DNA of 64,000 nucleotides from Malacoraja senta (taxonomy: Eukaryota): NCBI GenBank assembly GCA_038087875.1, contig CM075994.1, positions 8,310,001 through 8,374,000 on the forward strand, written 5' to 3'. The notes under the pieces were generated by a model, which was given only the letters and a program-made list of their open reading frames with translations, was not told the origin of the DNA and made no database searches. Position numbers and translations under genes: made by a program. Every line of letters begins with the position of its first letter. Position 1 is the first letter of the stretch. This document shows, in pieces, positions 52,949 through 64,000 of the stretch.

Positions 52949-54345
52949 GTGCCTAAATATTTGTCAGACGCTAGGAGGGAGGCACATGCAAAAGCCACAG
53001 AAGCTATTTTGGAAAGTTACAGCGCTATCACTGATGCCCTCAGTCATTTGTGCTCTGATGTTAATGTGAAGGGTGATACCAGGCTTCAAGCTACCAATCT
53101 TTGGCAGAAAATGGAAGAACTGGAATTTGTGTTTATGCTGCATTTTTGGACCTGTCTGCTAGGTCATTTCCACAAGTTCAACAAAGCCATTCAGAAATCC
53201 AAACTGTTATTGAGTACTTGTGCAAGTTTGTACAGTTCACTTCAGGATTTTGTAAGCAAAATTAGAGAAGATTTTGATGCGCTTGAGCAGCAAGGAAAGG
53301 CCACCTTGCCAGATGTTAACTACAGAACGGTCACAGGGAGACAAAGAGTAAGGAATTGGCAAGGAAATTATGGAAGTGCACCTGGTCCTGATGCTTTAGA
53401 TAAACTCTCTTCAAGAGATAAGATTAGGATAAAATCCTTTATTCCGATACTAGATGCACTTGAAACCTATTTAAAAAGAAGAGGTACTGCGTACAGTGAA
53501 GTTGCACAACAGTTTCCCTTTCTTGCTAATCTGACCGCATCTAAGCAAGAAATTCAGCAAGGTGTTGAACTGTTAATGGAAGCATACCCAGAAGATGTTG
53601 ACCTGAAATTACTGATGAATTTTTGCACTTTCACTCGTACGTGAGACAAAGCCATAGGCATTAAGAAGAGCACTCTCTGTCTCTTACAGACCGTTATCAA
53701 ATAATATACAAGGAAACAATTCAGATGGCCTCCCCTAATGTGGAAGCAATCTTGCGGCTGTGTCTTAGATTAATGGTCACCAACTGCTCGGGAGAGAGGT
53801 CTTTTTCAAGACTCAAAAGAATTAAAAATGAATTAAGGTCCACAATGTCTCAAGAGAGGCTGTCTGCACTGAGCATTCTGTGCATTGAGAGTGACAATCT
53901 TAGACAAACAGATCTTGGTGAACTACTGGATGATTTTGCTATGAAGAAGGCGAGAAAAAAACATTTTTGCTCTTAGTGTATTTGTAGTTTCTTTATTTCC
54001 TAATATTCCACACTCAATTCAAGAGACACTTATTGACACATGCACCAATTGGTACAATGAAATTTGGGAGTCACCATCCGACGTCCGAACGGAAGAACAT
54101 TCTCAGCGGCTTGGACTTCCAATTCGGCCAGTTCCTACCGGATACCGCGGCTCCCGAAGTCCATTATAAATACACAATAAACATGTTATGCATTCTTGTA
54201 CTCTTACAAGGACATGACCGCACATAACCCCCCTTCCTTCCCAACCTCAGGCTCACGGACCTTAGAGTACCCCTAGTCCCTAAAACCCCTTTTCCATCAC
54301 TGGCTGAAGGTAAGACGCAAAACGCTGGTGTAACTCAGGGGGGCT

Positions 54346-57235
54346 GGCAGGAAAGACGCCAATTGGTGTGAGGGGGTGGGGAGAGTGTTAAACAAAAACG
54401 CGGAAGGGCGTAACACAGAGAGAGAGAGAGATGCTTGATACTGAATCCTGAGAAGGGAGTGGGGAGTCCAAGATCTCCATTCAGTCCAAGTAGACCATGG
54501 TCAGGGACGCTCGTTACAGGGACGATGGGGGCTTCTTTAAGATCTTTTTCTCGCGTTTGGACCGGCTCGGCCATAACCCAGGCATCTCCGGGCGGTGGGA
54601 GAGAGAGGCCGAGCGAGCCGAGCGCAGTGGAGACAAGTTCAACATGGGCAACGTTTGGTGGGGCGGAGCGGGCTACATCTGGACTTTGGAACAAGTGCAG
54701 GGACGTGTCTCTGAGGGTGTTTTCAGCCCAGCCGACGTGGAGAAGTTGGCAGAGCTGGCCAGCAAGGTGGTAAATCGGAGGGAGGAGGAGTACCTGCGGG
54801 CGGAGAGGAACGGCAAGTCGGACACAGAACATCGCAAAGCCTTGGAGGAATGGGAGAGGGTCGAGAGGTCCTTGCAAGATCGCAGATCCCGGCTAGGAAC
54901 TGGGAATGTAGTTTACCGAAATCCTGGTGTAACTTCACTGGCCAGGGAGCAGGGAGGTGACACTCCGATAGGAGTACTTTGGATCTTCCTCTTGTTGGCA
55001 ATCTTGGCTTGGATACTCCTTGGAGGAATGAAATAAGACCCTGGAGTGTGCTGGCGCCGTGGACGCGAGGAGCGGAGAGACGATGAACTGCAGATGCCGT
55101 TTAACCAACCCTCCTGTTAACCCACTATTTTACCCTTTCCCCCACTCCCACTCTCTCCCCCCTCCCTCCCCCTGTCCTAATCGCTCCTTCTCCCACTTCC
55201 CCTCCACCTCACAAACCCCTCTCCTCCTCCGCCTCGAATTCTCCTTTCCCCCTCCCTCTCTCCCCTCTCCCACTCTCTCTCCCCCTCCCACCCCCTCCCA
55301 CCTCTCTCTGCTCGTCCCTCTCCCACTCTCTCACCCACTCCCACCCCTCTCCCACTCTCTCTATCCCCCTCCCACCTCTCTCTTTTCGTCCCCCTCCCTC
55401 TCCCACCCCTCTCCCCCTCCTTCTCCCCATTGTGATTGGATTTTGTGTCAGAATATTTTATCAGTCTCCTGACTCCACGATGATTTTATTTCCAATGATA
55501 TCACCACTATCACAGCAGTGTCTGAACAGTGCAGGAAGGAACTGCAGATGCTGTTTTAAACCGAAGACAGACACAAAAATGCTGGAGTAACTCAGCGGGT
55601 CAGGTAGCATCTCTGGAGAGAAGGAATAGGTGATGTTTCGGGTCAGTCTGAAGAAGGGTCTTGACCAGAAACGTCACCTATTTCTTTTCTCCAGTGTCTT
55701 TAAGTGTTGTTAATAAATAGTGCAGTGCTGTGTACTCAGTGAAAGTGGCAGACAAACGTTCAACAAGACAAATTCTGTTTTGTTTTATTCTAAGGATAGT
55801 AATTTTCAATGTTTAAAAACTCACTTCCAGAATTCTCTACTGAAATATGAACTGTAGATTAACATATGAGTAGTTGAACCTATGATGAGCGTTTGTCGGC
55901 ACTGGGCCTGTACTCGTGGAGTTTAGAAGGATGAGGGGACACCTCATTGAAGTGTACAGAATAGTGAAAGGCCAGGATAGAGTGGATGTGGAGAGGATGT
56001 TTCCACTGGTGGGAGCGTCTAGGACCAGAGGTCACAGCCTCAGAATTAAAGGACGTTGTTTTAGGAAGGAGATGAGGAGGAATTTCTTAAGTCAGACGGT
56101 GGTGAATGTCTGGAATTCTTTGCCACAGAAGGTTGTGGAGGCCGTCAGTGGATTATTTTAAGGCAGAGATAGATAGATTCTTGATTAGTACGGTTGTCAG
56201 GGGTTATGGGGAGAAGGCAGGAGAATGGGGTTAGGAGGGAGAGATAGATCAGCCATGATTGAATGGCGTAGACCTGATGGGCCGAATGGCCTAATTCTAA
56301 TCCTCACATAATTTTATGATCTGTACTTGCTTTGGATATCCTGTAATTCCAGAATAACCTGTTTTAATTGCTTTTTCTGCTTTCATGAGCTGCATTTAGA
56401 ATGCTTTCAATAAAACCACATTGTGTTTTGTTTCAAATCTGCAGGCGTTTTTCATAAACATAATCATACTTTATTAGCCAAGAATGTGTTGCAACATACC
56501 AGGAATTTCATTTGCCATACAGTCATACCAATCAAAAGCAACAGAACACACTAAATACATTTTAACATGAACATCCACCACAGTGACTCCTCCACATTCC
56601 TCACTGTGATGGAAGGTGAAAACAAGGTTGAATCTCTTCCCTTCTTTGTCCTCCAGCGGTCGGGGGGCTCGAGCCTTCCGTTGACGGGGCGATCTTACTC
56701 CCGTAGCCGGCGGCGGGCCTCCTCGTCGGGGCGATCAAGCTCCTGCATCGGGGGAATCTCAGCTCCCCCGGCCGGGCGATCTGACACCGTGTCGGGACTG
56801 GTCGAACGTCTTGCGGGTTTTGGAGCTTCCCGACGTCGGTCTCAACCAGAGACTACGAGCTCCTTGATGTTAAAGTCCGCAGGCCGCGGTTGGAGCGTCG
56901 ATACCAGGCAAGGGATCGGCTCCGATGGTAAGTCCACGTCCCCGCGGTGGGGCTCAAAGTCAGTCTCGAGCAAGGCCGCCAGCTCCATGATGTTAGGCTG
57001 CAGAGCGACCGGAGATACGACCCGTAAAACAATCGCATCTCCGGCAAGGTAAGAGATTGAAAAAAAAAATCCCCTACCCCCCTCCCCCACCCTCACATAA
57101 AACAAATTAACACAAGTGTTTTAACACACTAAAACAACAAAAAAAAGAGGAAAAGGACAGAGAGACTGTTGGCGAGGCTGCCGTCGCAGCACCACCTGGT
57201 GGACGTCGGTTTCCCTTCTATTCAAAGTTAATGTC
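54346..57235. repeat. Right arm A' of the inverted segmental duplication
   Basis: Reverse complement of 41650-44607. Confidence 0.95.
54497..55036 (+). CDS. Unknown 179-aa protein with C-terminal transmembrane anchor (paralogue B)
   Basis: Kozak ACCATGG with an in-frame TAG two codons upstream, intact frame, tail IGVLWIFLLLAILAWILLGGMK. Confidence 0.75.
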   Translation: MVRDARYRDDGGFFKIFFSRLDRLGHNPGISGRWEREAERAERSGDKFNMGNVWWGGAGYIWTLEQVQGRVSEGVFSPADVEKLAELASKVVNRREEEYLRAERNGKSDTEHRKALEEWERVERSLQDRRSRLGTGNVVYRNPGVTSLAREQGGDTPIGVLWIFLLLAILAWILLGGMK

Positions 57236-57829
57236 TGTGTGGTTTCAGGCTTAGGGCGGCACGTTGGTGCAGCGGGTAGAGCTGCTGCCTCACGGCGCCA
57301 GAGACCCGGGTTCTATCCTGACTTCGGGTGCTGTGTGTGTGGAGTTTCTACGTTCTCCCTGTGACCCGCGTGGATTTCCTCCGGGTGCTCCGATTTCCTC
57401 CCACATCCCAAAAGACGTTCGGGTTTGCAGGTTAATCGGCCCCTCTGTAAATTGCCCCCTAGTGTGTAGGGAGTGGATGAGAAAGTGGGATAACGTTGAA
57501 CTTGCGCGAAAAAAGTCACAAAGTGCTGGAGTAACTCAGGCAAATCACAGGAGAACATGGATGTGGATATCAGACTCACCCCCTGAGTTACTCCAGCACT
57601 TTGTGTCTTTTTCTCGTAAACCAGATAATGACCACATAATGGTTTATATAATGACAGTGCATGAAACAGTGGGATGATATTTATACCCAGTGTGAATGGG
57701 TAATCAATGGTCAGCATGGACTTGGTTCCACGCTGTACCACTAAACTAAACTAAACTAAACTAATCTAAACTAAACCAAACTATACTAAACTACACTACA
57801 CTAAACTACACTCGTAACATAGGAAATAG

Positions 57830-58314
57830 CGTGCGGGCAGAGAGCGGCGTGCGGGCTGCTTCTGCGGCGACTTGCACGATGAGCCGAAAGCTGTTAAGTT
57901 CAACTGAAAGCCACTGAGTGAAGTCGGAGTGGGACCGGGAGCTACTGAGTGAGGCCGAAAGCTGAAGGTGCGGGGTGAACAGTGTGTGAGCTGCGTCTGC
58001 TGTGACCACCCCCTTCCCCCAACCCCCCTTCCCCCGCTCCTCCTTCCCCCACAACCCCCACACACCCCCTTTACACTCTTCCCCACCCCCCCCACTTTTC
58101 CACACCCCTTCTCACCCCCCTTCCCCCACAGCCCCCTTCCCCCAACCCCCCTTCCGCCACAGCCCCCTTCCCCCACCCCCCCCCACTTCCCCCACCCCCC
58201 ACTTCCACACACCCCCACTTCCCCCACCGCCCTTCCCCCGTTGGGGAATGGGTTGAGTTGGGGGGAACCAGGCCTTCCGTGTGACTGGGACCAATCGGGT
58301 CCCACGTAGTCTAG
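57830..58314 (+). mobile_element. Helitron-like 3' fragment
   Basis: GGGACC-AATC-GGGTCCC hairpin then CTAG (58311-58314) followed by T; its 5' part stops at the duplication boundary. Confidence 0.65.
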
Positions 58315-58690
58315 TATATCTATATTACTAAAAGTAAGATCTTAACCACTTCCTGTTTTCTGTTTCGTGATTTCTGAAAAAACGCTGCCACTTACGGCTG
58401 TGAGTTTTGGCCATCTTATCAAAGTCCCCCTCCGCTGCGCAGGACAAGAGGATTTTTCCCATCGATGTAAAATAAAAGAGTTATTACTGTTTAAAAAATG
58501 TCATTCTCTCTGCTGCCCCTGCTGTTGGGAGGGGGGAGGGACCATAAAACCTGGAAGTGTTATGCCTCACTCAGTCTCTGCAAGATGGAGGAAGCGAGAG
58601 GGTCACTTCTCTCTGAGCTGTGAATAACACTGAACACATGTCTACTCAACTGTGAGTGCCCTTAATGTGGTTTGAAAATGAAAATGTGGT

Positions 58691-58999
58691 TGCTTTGGAA
58701 TGCTGCACTGCAAATGGTTGTTGGTGGTGGTAACTGCTTTGAAATGCTGCACTGCAAATGGTTGTTGGTGGTGGCCACTGCTTTGAAATGCTCCACTGTA
58801 AATGGTTGTTGGTGGTGGTAACTGCTTTGAAATGCTGCACTGCAAATGGTTGTTGGTGGTTGTAACTGCTTTGAAATGCTGCACTGCAAATGGTTGTTGG
58901 TGGTGGTAACTGCTTTGAAATGCTGCACTGAAAATGGTTGTTGGTGGTGGTAACTGCTTTGAAATGCTGCACTGAAAATGGTTGTTGGTGGTGGTAACT
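58691..58999. repeat. 44-bp minisatellite, about 7 copies
   Basis: TGCTTTGAAATGCTGCACTGCAAATGGTTGTTGGTGGTGGTAAC. Confidence 0.95.
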
Positions 59000-59376
59000 G
59001 GACAACTTCCTGTTTGCACTGTATATTGATTTTAGATAAAATGCTACCACTTACGGCTGTGACTTTTGGCCATCTTACTCAGTCCCCCTCCGCTCATCAG
59101 GTGCAATAGATTCTTCCCATCAATGAAAAATAAAAGTGTTATTAGTTTTTTATTAATGTTGAGAATCTCTCTCCTGTCAACCACGTCATGAAGGTCATCA
59201 GCCCCTTCCGGTGGAAGGGATTATAAAACCCGGAAGTGTGGGTGTGGCTCAGTCTCTGCAAGATGGGGGAGGGAGTGGTCACGACTGTCTGAGCTGTGAA
59301 TCAACTGAACACACTGAAAGTCTTCTGAACTGTGTGTGGTGTTTATGTGGTGATTTGTGTGGTTTTATGGTGGTTT

Positions 59377-59870
59377 CACCCTGCTTGAAATGGTATGAAA
59401 CTGCATTTGAATGTGGTGGCCTTGCACCCTGCATGAAATGGTATGAAACTGCACTTGAATTTGGTGGCCTTGCACCCTGCTTGAAATGGTATGAAACTGC
59501 ACTTCAATTTGGTTGTGTTGCACCCTGCTTGAAGTGGTATGAAACTGCACTTCAATTTGGTGGCCTTGCACCCTGCTTGAAATGGCATGAAACAGCACTT
59601 GAATTTGGTGGCCTTGCACCCTGCTTGAAGTGGCATGAAACTGCACTTGAATTTGGTGGCCTTGGAACCTGCTTGGTGGCATGAAACTGCACTTGAATTT
59701 GGTGGCCTTGCACCCTGCTTGAAATGGCATGAAACTGCTCCTGAATTTGGTGGCCTTGCACCCTGCTTGAAGTGGTATGAAACTACACTTGAATTTGGTG
59801 GCCTTGCACCCTGTTTGAAATGGTAGGAAACTGCATTTGAATTTGGTGGCCTTGCACCCTGCTTGAAATG
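59377..59870. repeat. 48-bp minisatellite, about 10 copies
   Basis: CCCTGCTTGAAATGGTATGAAACTGCACTTGAATTTGGTGGCCTTGCA. Confidence 0.95.
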
Positions 59871-60177
59871 TAATTTCAAAGAATAGCCGTGAGTCAACTG
59901 CTAGCCCACCAGCCGTGAGTGAGCTGCCAGCACATCAGGCTTGAGTGACTGAGCTGCCACCCCAAGAATCCATTTGGCCCACAATGTCCATACTAGCCCT
60001 CTAGAAACCAGTCCCTTCAGCCCACAATACCCATACTAGCGCTCCAGAAAGCCCCCCCCCACTGGCCAACATTATTGGAATTGGTGGAGTCGTGGAATAT
60101 TGCATTGGGGGACCAGCCCTCCCGTGTGAACATGGAACCCAACGGGTCCCACTTAGTCTAGTATATAATGTATATAA

Positions 60178-62025
60178 TAGAAAGATTAAACGAGAACTTA
60201 CAGTTTGAAGTTTGATCTTTATTTTATGAGAAGTTGCGATGAGGGATTACGTGAAGAAGCCCGCCAGCCCGCATGCCCGTCAACCTTTAAAGCAACTGTA
60301 TGAAATCACAGAACAATAGCTGACCTAAACTATTGGAAGATTTAAGAAACTAGAAATACCGAATGACCTTTATGAGAATAGGGTTGGGAGTGTAGGGCAC
60401 GTAATCCCTCATCGCAACTTCTCATTAAATAAAGATCAAACTTCAAACGGTAAGCTCGTTTAATCTTTCTAATTTATTTCGAAGTCACGTGAGTGAATAC
60501 GTGAAGATTTCAAAGCTCTGTGATTTCATGCCGTGAACCCGAGTGCATGCAAACATACTGCATCAGTTGACCAGATATGATTGAAAACATGGTGCATTCA
60601 GACATGATATAGATTTAAACATGCTGATGCTTTTAATGAAAGTAATAATAATAGTGGTCCCTTACATCCGGGAAAAGAAAACATTATTTAGCAGAACTCA
60701 AAATTGTATTGGCAAACGAACCAGGCCTGGCAATAGGCTTATTGTAAAAGGCTTGAAAAGTCCGCTTATTTGACCATCCTGCTGTCGCTAGGATGCGGTC
60801 CAGCGGAACCTCCATGAACCTCGCTGCCGATGTTGTTGCAGCCCTGGTAGAGTGAGATTTAAAAATATCAGTGTCCACTCCTGCGAAAGCCAATACAAGT
60901 CTCAACCACCTAGAGATGGTCTGCACCGATACCCTCTTGTGTGGTTTCCTATGACTGATGAACATAGCCAGTTCAGTGCCTCTAAGGTTCTTCGTAGTCT
61001 TTATATATTGTTGACTATATGTGACAACACATAATCTACGATCAGTTGGGTATGCTAAAAACTCCAGCTTAAGACCTAACACACCCGGTCTACTTTGCTT
61101 AATTAACTCATTTATATAGAACGTTATCTTATTGTTAGACATAACCGTCCTGTCCAGCCTTAGCTTATGCAACGACTGGACACGTTGCGCTGGAACTAGC
61201 GCCATGAGCATTATTACCTTATAGGTGAGCCAGACCAAAGATAAAGATGCAGCTGGAGCCCAACCGCGAAGCAGTGTTAACACAACGTGAATGTCCCATA
61301 CTTCCGTGTACCTGGGCTTGGGAGGATTTATGTTAAAGATACCCCTCATGAATTTGGATATCAAAGGGTGAGAGCCGACAGAGTGGTGTCCCGATCCCAG
61401 CAGCAAGTATGATGATAAAGTACTTTTAGCAGTGTTGATGGCACTATAACTTAATCTTCTATCAAAGAATAACATCGAAAGAAACTCTAAGACATCAGCC
61501 ATACGTGCCGTACTATAAGTTATATTTGAATTTACACAAAACACTTCCCATAGCATAATGTAGGAAATGTACTGCTTCTTGGTACTGCCCCGCCAAACTG
61601 CAGTGATCACGTCCACCGTTCGGTCTGATAATCCGAGCACCAGAAAAGGTCTTCTTAAACTCTGCAAATCAATAAGTTGATCTTATCATGCAGAGGGTGA
61701 GATTCCCGAGTCCCGGGATGAACAAGCAAATCTTTATGCTTACTGATAACCATATATGGTTCCGTTAACATTCCTAACATCAACGGGAACCATGGCTGCG
61801 TACGCCAGTCAGGCACTAATAAAACATGTGAAGCGGAATCTTGCTTGATTTATTGCAAGCGCCGGCTGATGAAGCAAAATGGAGGAAAGGCATAAAAGAA
61901 CATTCCTCCCGTGTAACGAGAATGCATCTATCGCTACTGCCCCTGGGTCTGGCTACCATTCAACATATTTTGGCAGCTGGTGATTAAGCCTAGATGTAAA
62001 CAAATCAATATCCGGCGTTCAATAT
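60178..62025 (-). mobile_element. DIRS1-like tyrosine-recombinase retrotransposon, 3' part
   Basis: YR ORF, upstream methyltransferase-like remnant (AVAIDAFS, YAFPP, VPDWRTQPWFP) and inverted repeat 60178-60253/60398-60471. Confidence 0.9.
60684..61667 (-). CDS. DIRS tyrosine recombinase (open 327-codon frame; start codon not ATG)
   Basis: Catalytic pattern AQR...HSTR...AGW...FY. Confidence 0.85.
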   Translation of the reverse strand: MQSLRRPFLVLGLSDRTVDVITAVWRGSTKKQYISYIMLWEVFCVNSNITYSTARMADVLEFLSMLFFDRRLSYSAINTAKSTLSSYLLLGSGHHSVGSHPLISKFMRGIFNINPPKPRYTEVWDIHVVLTLLRGWAPAASLSLVWLTYKVIMLMALVPAQRVQSLHKLRLDRTVMSNNKITFYINELIKQSRPGVLGLKLEFLAYPTDRRLCVVTYSQQYIKTTKNLRGTELAMFISHRKPHKRVSVQTISRWLRLVLAFAGVDTDIFKSHSTRAATTSAARFMEVPLDRILATAGWSNKRTFQAFYNKPIARPGSFANTILSSAK

Positions 62026-64000
62026 CAGCCAGTTGTCGTGGTGCACATTGGCACCAACGATATAGGTACAAACGGGATGAGGTCCTACAAGGTGAATTTA
62101 GTGAGCTAGGAGATAAACTTAAAAGTAGGACCTCAAAGGTAATAATCTCTGGATTACTACCAGTGCCACGGGCTAGTCAGAGTAGAAATAGGAGGATTTG
62201 CAGATGAATACGTGGCTTGAAAAATGGTGCAAGGGGGAGGGATTCAAATTTCTAGGGCATTGGAACCAGTTCTGGGGGAGGTGGGACCAGTACAAACAGG
62301 ACGGTCTGCACCTGGGCTGGAATGGAACCAATGTCCTTGGGGGAGTGTTTGCTAGTGCTGTCGGGGAGGATTTAAACTCGTGTAGCAGGGGGATGGGTGC
62401 AAGAGCAGAGAGACAGAGGGGTGTAAAATGAGGGTAGAAGCAATAGGTAGCAAGGTGAAAAGTAAAAGTGGCAGGCAGACAAATCCAGGGCAAAAATCAA
62501 AAAGGTCCACTTTTCAACATAATTGTATAAGGGGTAAGAGTGTTGTAAAACCAAGCCTGAAGGCTTTGTATCTCAATGCAAGGAGCATTCGTAATATGGT
62601 GGATGAGTTGATGTGCAGATAGTTATTAATGATTATGATATAGTTGGGATCACGGAGACATGGCTCCAGGGTGACCAAGGCTGGGAGCTGACCATCCAGG
62701 GATATTCAATATTCAGGAGGGATAGACAGGATGGAAAAGGAGGTTGGGTAGCGTTGCTGGTTAGAGAGGAGATTAATGCAATAGAAAGGAAGGACATTAG
62801 CTTGGAGGATGTGGAATCGATTTGGGTAGAGCTGCGAATCACTAAGGGGCAAAAAACGCTAGTGGGAGTGGTGTACAGGCCACCTAACAGTAGTAGTGGA
62901 GTTGGGGATGGCATCAAACAGGAAATTAGAAATGCGTGCAACAAAGGTAAAATAGTTATAATGAGTGACTTCAATTTACATATAGATTGGGTGAATCAAA
63001 TTGGCAGGGGTGCTGAGGAAGAGGATTTCTTGGAATGTATGCGGGATAGTTTTCTAAACCAATATGTAGAGAAACCAACGAGAGAGCAGGCTATTCTAGA
63101 CTGGGTATTGAGTAATGAGGAAGGGTTAGTAAGCAGTCTTGTTGTGCGTGGCCCCTTGGGCAAGAGTGACCATAATATGGTTGAGTTCTTCATTAGGATG
63201 GAGAGTGACATTGTTAATTCAGAACCAAGGGTCCTGAACTTAAAGAAAGGTACATTTGAGGGTATGAAACGTGAATTGGCCATGATAGACTGGCAATTGA
63301 TTCTTAAAGGGTTGACGGTGGATATGAAATGGAAAGCATTTAAAGATTGCATGGATGAACTACAACAATTGTTCATCCCAGTTTGGCAAAAGAATAAATC
63401 AGGGAAGGTAGTGCACCCATGGATAACCAGGGATAGTATCAAAACAAAAGATTAAGCATACAAATTAGCCAGAAAAAGCAGCCTAACAGGGGACTGGGAG
63501 AAATTCAGTCCAGCAGAGGAGGACAATGGGCTTAATTAGGAAAGGGAAAATAGATTATGAAAGAAAACTGGCGGGGAACATAAAGACTGACTGCAAAAGT
63601 TTTTATACATATGTGAAGAGAAAACGATTAATTAAAACAAATGTAGGTCCCTTTGCAGTCAGAAACAGGTGAATTGATCATGGGGAACAAAGGACATGGC
63701 AGACCACTTGAATAACTACTTTGGTCCTGTCTTCACTGAGGAAGACATAAATAATCTGCCGGAAATAGCAGGGGACCGGGGGTCAAATGAGATGGAGGAA
63801 CTGAGTGAAATCCAGTTTAGCCGGGAAGTGGTGTTAGGTAAATTGAATGGATTAAAGGCCGATAAATCCCCAGGCCAGATAAGTTGCACCCCAGAGTACT
63901 TAAGGAAGTAGCCCCAGAAATAGTGGATGCATTAGTGATAATTTTTCAAAACTCTTTAGATTCTGGAGTAGTTCCTGATGATTGGAGGGTAGCTAATGTA
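62026..64000 (+). mobile_element. CR1 LINE: ORF1 esterase (SGNH) remnant and ORF2 endonuclease, continuing beyond the window
   Basis: VVVHIGTND...DGLHL esterase motifs; YLNARSI, GITETW, VVYRPP, DFN, SDH; several frameshifts. Confidence 0.92.

Larger units (their letters stand above)
46842..53976 (+). mobile_element. hAT transposon (ZMYM1/Tip100-like transposase) fragmented by nested insertions
   Basis: 5' TIR-like CAGGGCCGGATTTA; GQSYDNAANMAG, FIPCAAHSLNL (CxxH) and hATC dimerisation motif TNCSGERSFSRLKRIKNELRSTMSQERL; no matching 3' TIR found. Confidence 0.85.
58319..60161 (+). mobile_element. Non-autonomous Helitron-like element with two internal minisatellites
   Basis: A|TCTATATTAC start; end ACCC-AAC-GGGT hairpin + CTTAGT-CTAG|T; no TSD. 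Confidence 0.8.

Noticed and set aside
52949..53976. Domesticated ZMYM1/ZBED-like host gene
   Set aside because: Frameshifts, stops, nested insertions and a 5' TIR indicate a dead hAT transposon.
58642..59897. Repetitive ORFs and a superficially CRISPR-like periodicity
   Set aside because: Head-to-tail 44- and 48-bp units with no unique spacers and no cas genes, in eukaryotic DNA.
60684..61667. Phage integrase or prophage interpretation
   Set aside because: Flanking methyltransferase-like remnant and ICR structure identify a DIRS retrotransposon.

Overview
Eukaryotic, repeat-saturated vertebrate DNA with one 200-N assembly gap (37013-37212). The repeat mix (HE1-like tRNA SINEs sharing a tail with abundant CR1 LINEs, plus Penelope, Rex/Babar, L2, L1, DIRS, hAT, PIF/Harbinger MITEs and non-autonomous Helitrons) suggests a cartilaginous fish such as a skate or ray; this is inference. 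Almost all long ORFs are transposon remnants. The exception is a head-to-head pair of intronless paralogous ORFs (43766-44338 minus, 190 aa; 54497-55036 plus, 179 aa) in the arms of a ~3 kb inverted segmental duplication. Both encode an unrecognised helical protein with a C-terminal transmembrane tail anchor. They differ almost only by amino-acid-changing substitutions, the pattern expected of a gene family under diversifying selection. Other notable structures are many Penelope-type minimal hammerhead ribozyme motifs, a near-complete L2 LINE with a 2A-like (NPGP) leader, an L1 insertion with a 145-bp target duplication, self-nested Helitrons beside a (TAGA)n run, a DIRS 3' end with an open tyrosine recombinase ORF, and a candidate first coding exon of a host gene at 22143-22226. 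Repeat boundaries are approximate unless TSDs or termini are quoted. All alignments and counts were made by eye.
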